Shown here piece after piece: positions 63,035 to 64,000 of a stretch of DNA of 64,000 nt. The stretch's first letter is position 1. Every line of letters begins with the position of its first letter. Both the position numbers and the translations under genes were made by a program. The stretch spans positions 323,863 through 387,862 of IMG/VR virus record IMGVR_UViG_3300037484_000445; one strand, 5' to 3'. Source of the stretch: a virus. Taxonomy: Duplodnaviria > Heunggongvirae > Uroviricota > Caudoviricetes. A model generated the notes under the pieces. That model did not search any database. It worked only from the letters and a program-made list of their open reading frames with translations, and had not been told where the DNA came from.

Positions 63035-64000
63035 GTGGTCCGGAACAGATTTTTGGTCGAAGTGCCTCAAACGGAGAGGCTGTCCCTTGAGGGTATTCCA
63101 CAGAAACGTTGTTCTCAGTGCGGTAAAGTCCGTCCAAATACGAAGGGCTATTTTGTGGTCGACACTCGAAACAGCAGTGGTTTGGGAGCCAGCTGCAGGT
63201 TTTGTGTGCGGGATAGGGTCAGGAAGTACCTGAAGGATCACGTCAAGAAGTACAGTCTAGAGACTCGGCGTAGAAATCGAGAACGATCCAAAGTCTATAG
63301 GGCCACGAACAAGGATGCGATCCGGACTTCTAGTCTGAATCGGTTTCGAAAGGACCCGGCGAGGTTTTTACTGGCGGAGGCAAAGAGAAGGGCTCGCAAC
63401 AAGGGCTTGAAGTTCACCTTGAAACTCAAGCACGTCAGAGGTCTTGTGGGGGAGCTATGTCCTGTTCTTGGATTTGCCTACAGTTTTCAACGAGGCCGAG
63501 GGTGCAACATCACAAGCGTCGATAGTTCTCCTTCAATCGACCGTTTGGATCCAAAGTTGGGCTACACGCCGGACAACATTGCCGTCATCAGTAATCGAGC
63601 CAACCGGCTAAAGAGTGATGGATCGGCTGAAGAACACGAGGCGTTGGCTTTCCGTATGAGGGCCTTAAACAGCTTTGAGCCTCCGAAAATACTTCCGGAG
63701 GCCGATGGTCGCAGGATTATGAACCAGCTACGGGGTCGGTTAAGTGTGAAAGCCAAGAAGGGTTGCTTGATTGAACTCACCTTGACCCTGGGCGATTTAC
63801 CTGAGGTGCCTGAGGTGTGCCCTTATTTTGGGATCTTCTTGCAGAGGAGTGAACTCCGACCCGGGGACTCATCCTATTCTCTCGATCGTATTGATCCATC
63901 TAAGGGTTATGTGCGGGGGAATGTTGAATTTATCAGCAATCGGGCCAATCGTTTGAAGAGTGATGGGACAGCAGACGAGCACTCGAAAATAGCCGCTTGG
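63035..64000 (+). CDS. Tandem HNH-like endonuclease, 3'-partial (not in ORF track)
   Basis: N-terminal CSQC...CRFC, then two copies of S(I/L)DR(L/I)DP..GY...N...ISNRANRLKSDG; start uncertain. Confidence 0.8.
   Translation, partial: MVRNRFLVEVPQTERLSLEGIPQKRCSQCGKVRPNTKGYFVVDTRNSSGLGASCRFCVRDRVRKYLKDHVKKYSLETRRRNRERSKVYRATNKDAIRTSSLNRFRKDPARFLLAEAKRRARNKGLKFTLKLKHVRGLVGELCPVLGFAYSFQRGRGCNITSVDSSPSIDRLDPKLGYTPDNIAVISNRANRLKSDGSAEEHEALAFRMRALNSFEPPKILPEADGRRIMNQLRGRLSVKAKKGCLIELTLTLGDLPEVPEVCPYFGIFLQRSELRPGDSSYSLDRIDPSKGYVRGNVEFISNRANRLKSDGTADEHSKIAAW

Overview
This window looks like an accessory/early segment of a large phage genome (inferred from dense small ORFs, no housekeeping operons, and phage-typical families; no capsid, terminase or polymerase gene is visible). 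The main feature is a compact RNA-guided nuclease locus on the minus strand. It contains an IscB (PLMP, RuvC I-III and HNH motifs all intact; 43662-45089), an omegaRNA-like scaffold directly upstream whose 5' end is a 27-nt anti-repeat (45417-45443), and a 10-repeat/9-spacer CRISPR array (45596-46271; 36-nt repeat). No cas1, cas2 or tnpA is present. The layout suggests an omegaRNA split into crRNA plus tracrRNA, i.e. an IscB-to-Cas9 intermediate apparently domesticated by a phage. Two solo copies of the same repeat lie far away (5572-5607 and 53313-53348). Two recurrent promoter-like motifs precede many genes: TTAANN-N18-TA(C/T)NAN 4-6 nt before ATG, and GGTGTA 9-13 nt before ATG. Several class I motifs drive no ORF but sit in front of highly structured putative ncRNAs: two homologous ~170-nt rod-like elements between convergent promoters, a tRNA-like cloverleaf with expanded loops, and a terminated three-way-junction RNA. 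Other cargo includes a Tad2/DUF2829-like protein, orphan HigA/HicB-like antitoxins, an Eco29kI-like GIY-YIG nuclease, SpoU, NUDIX, a 5'-nucleotidase, a MazG-like protein, ATP-grasp, GNAT, a J-domain protein, an antirepressor and a tandem HNH-like endonuclease. Family calls come from motif recognition by eye; no database search was run.
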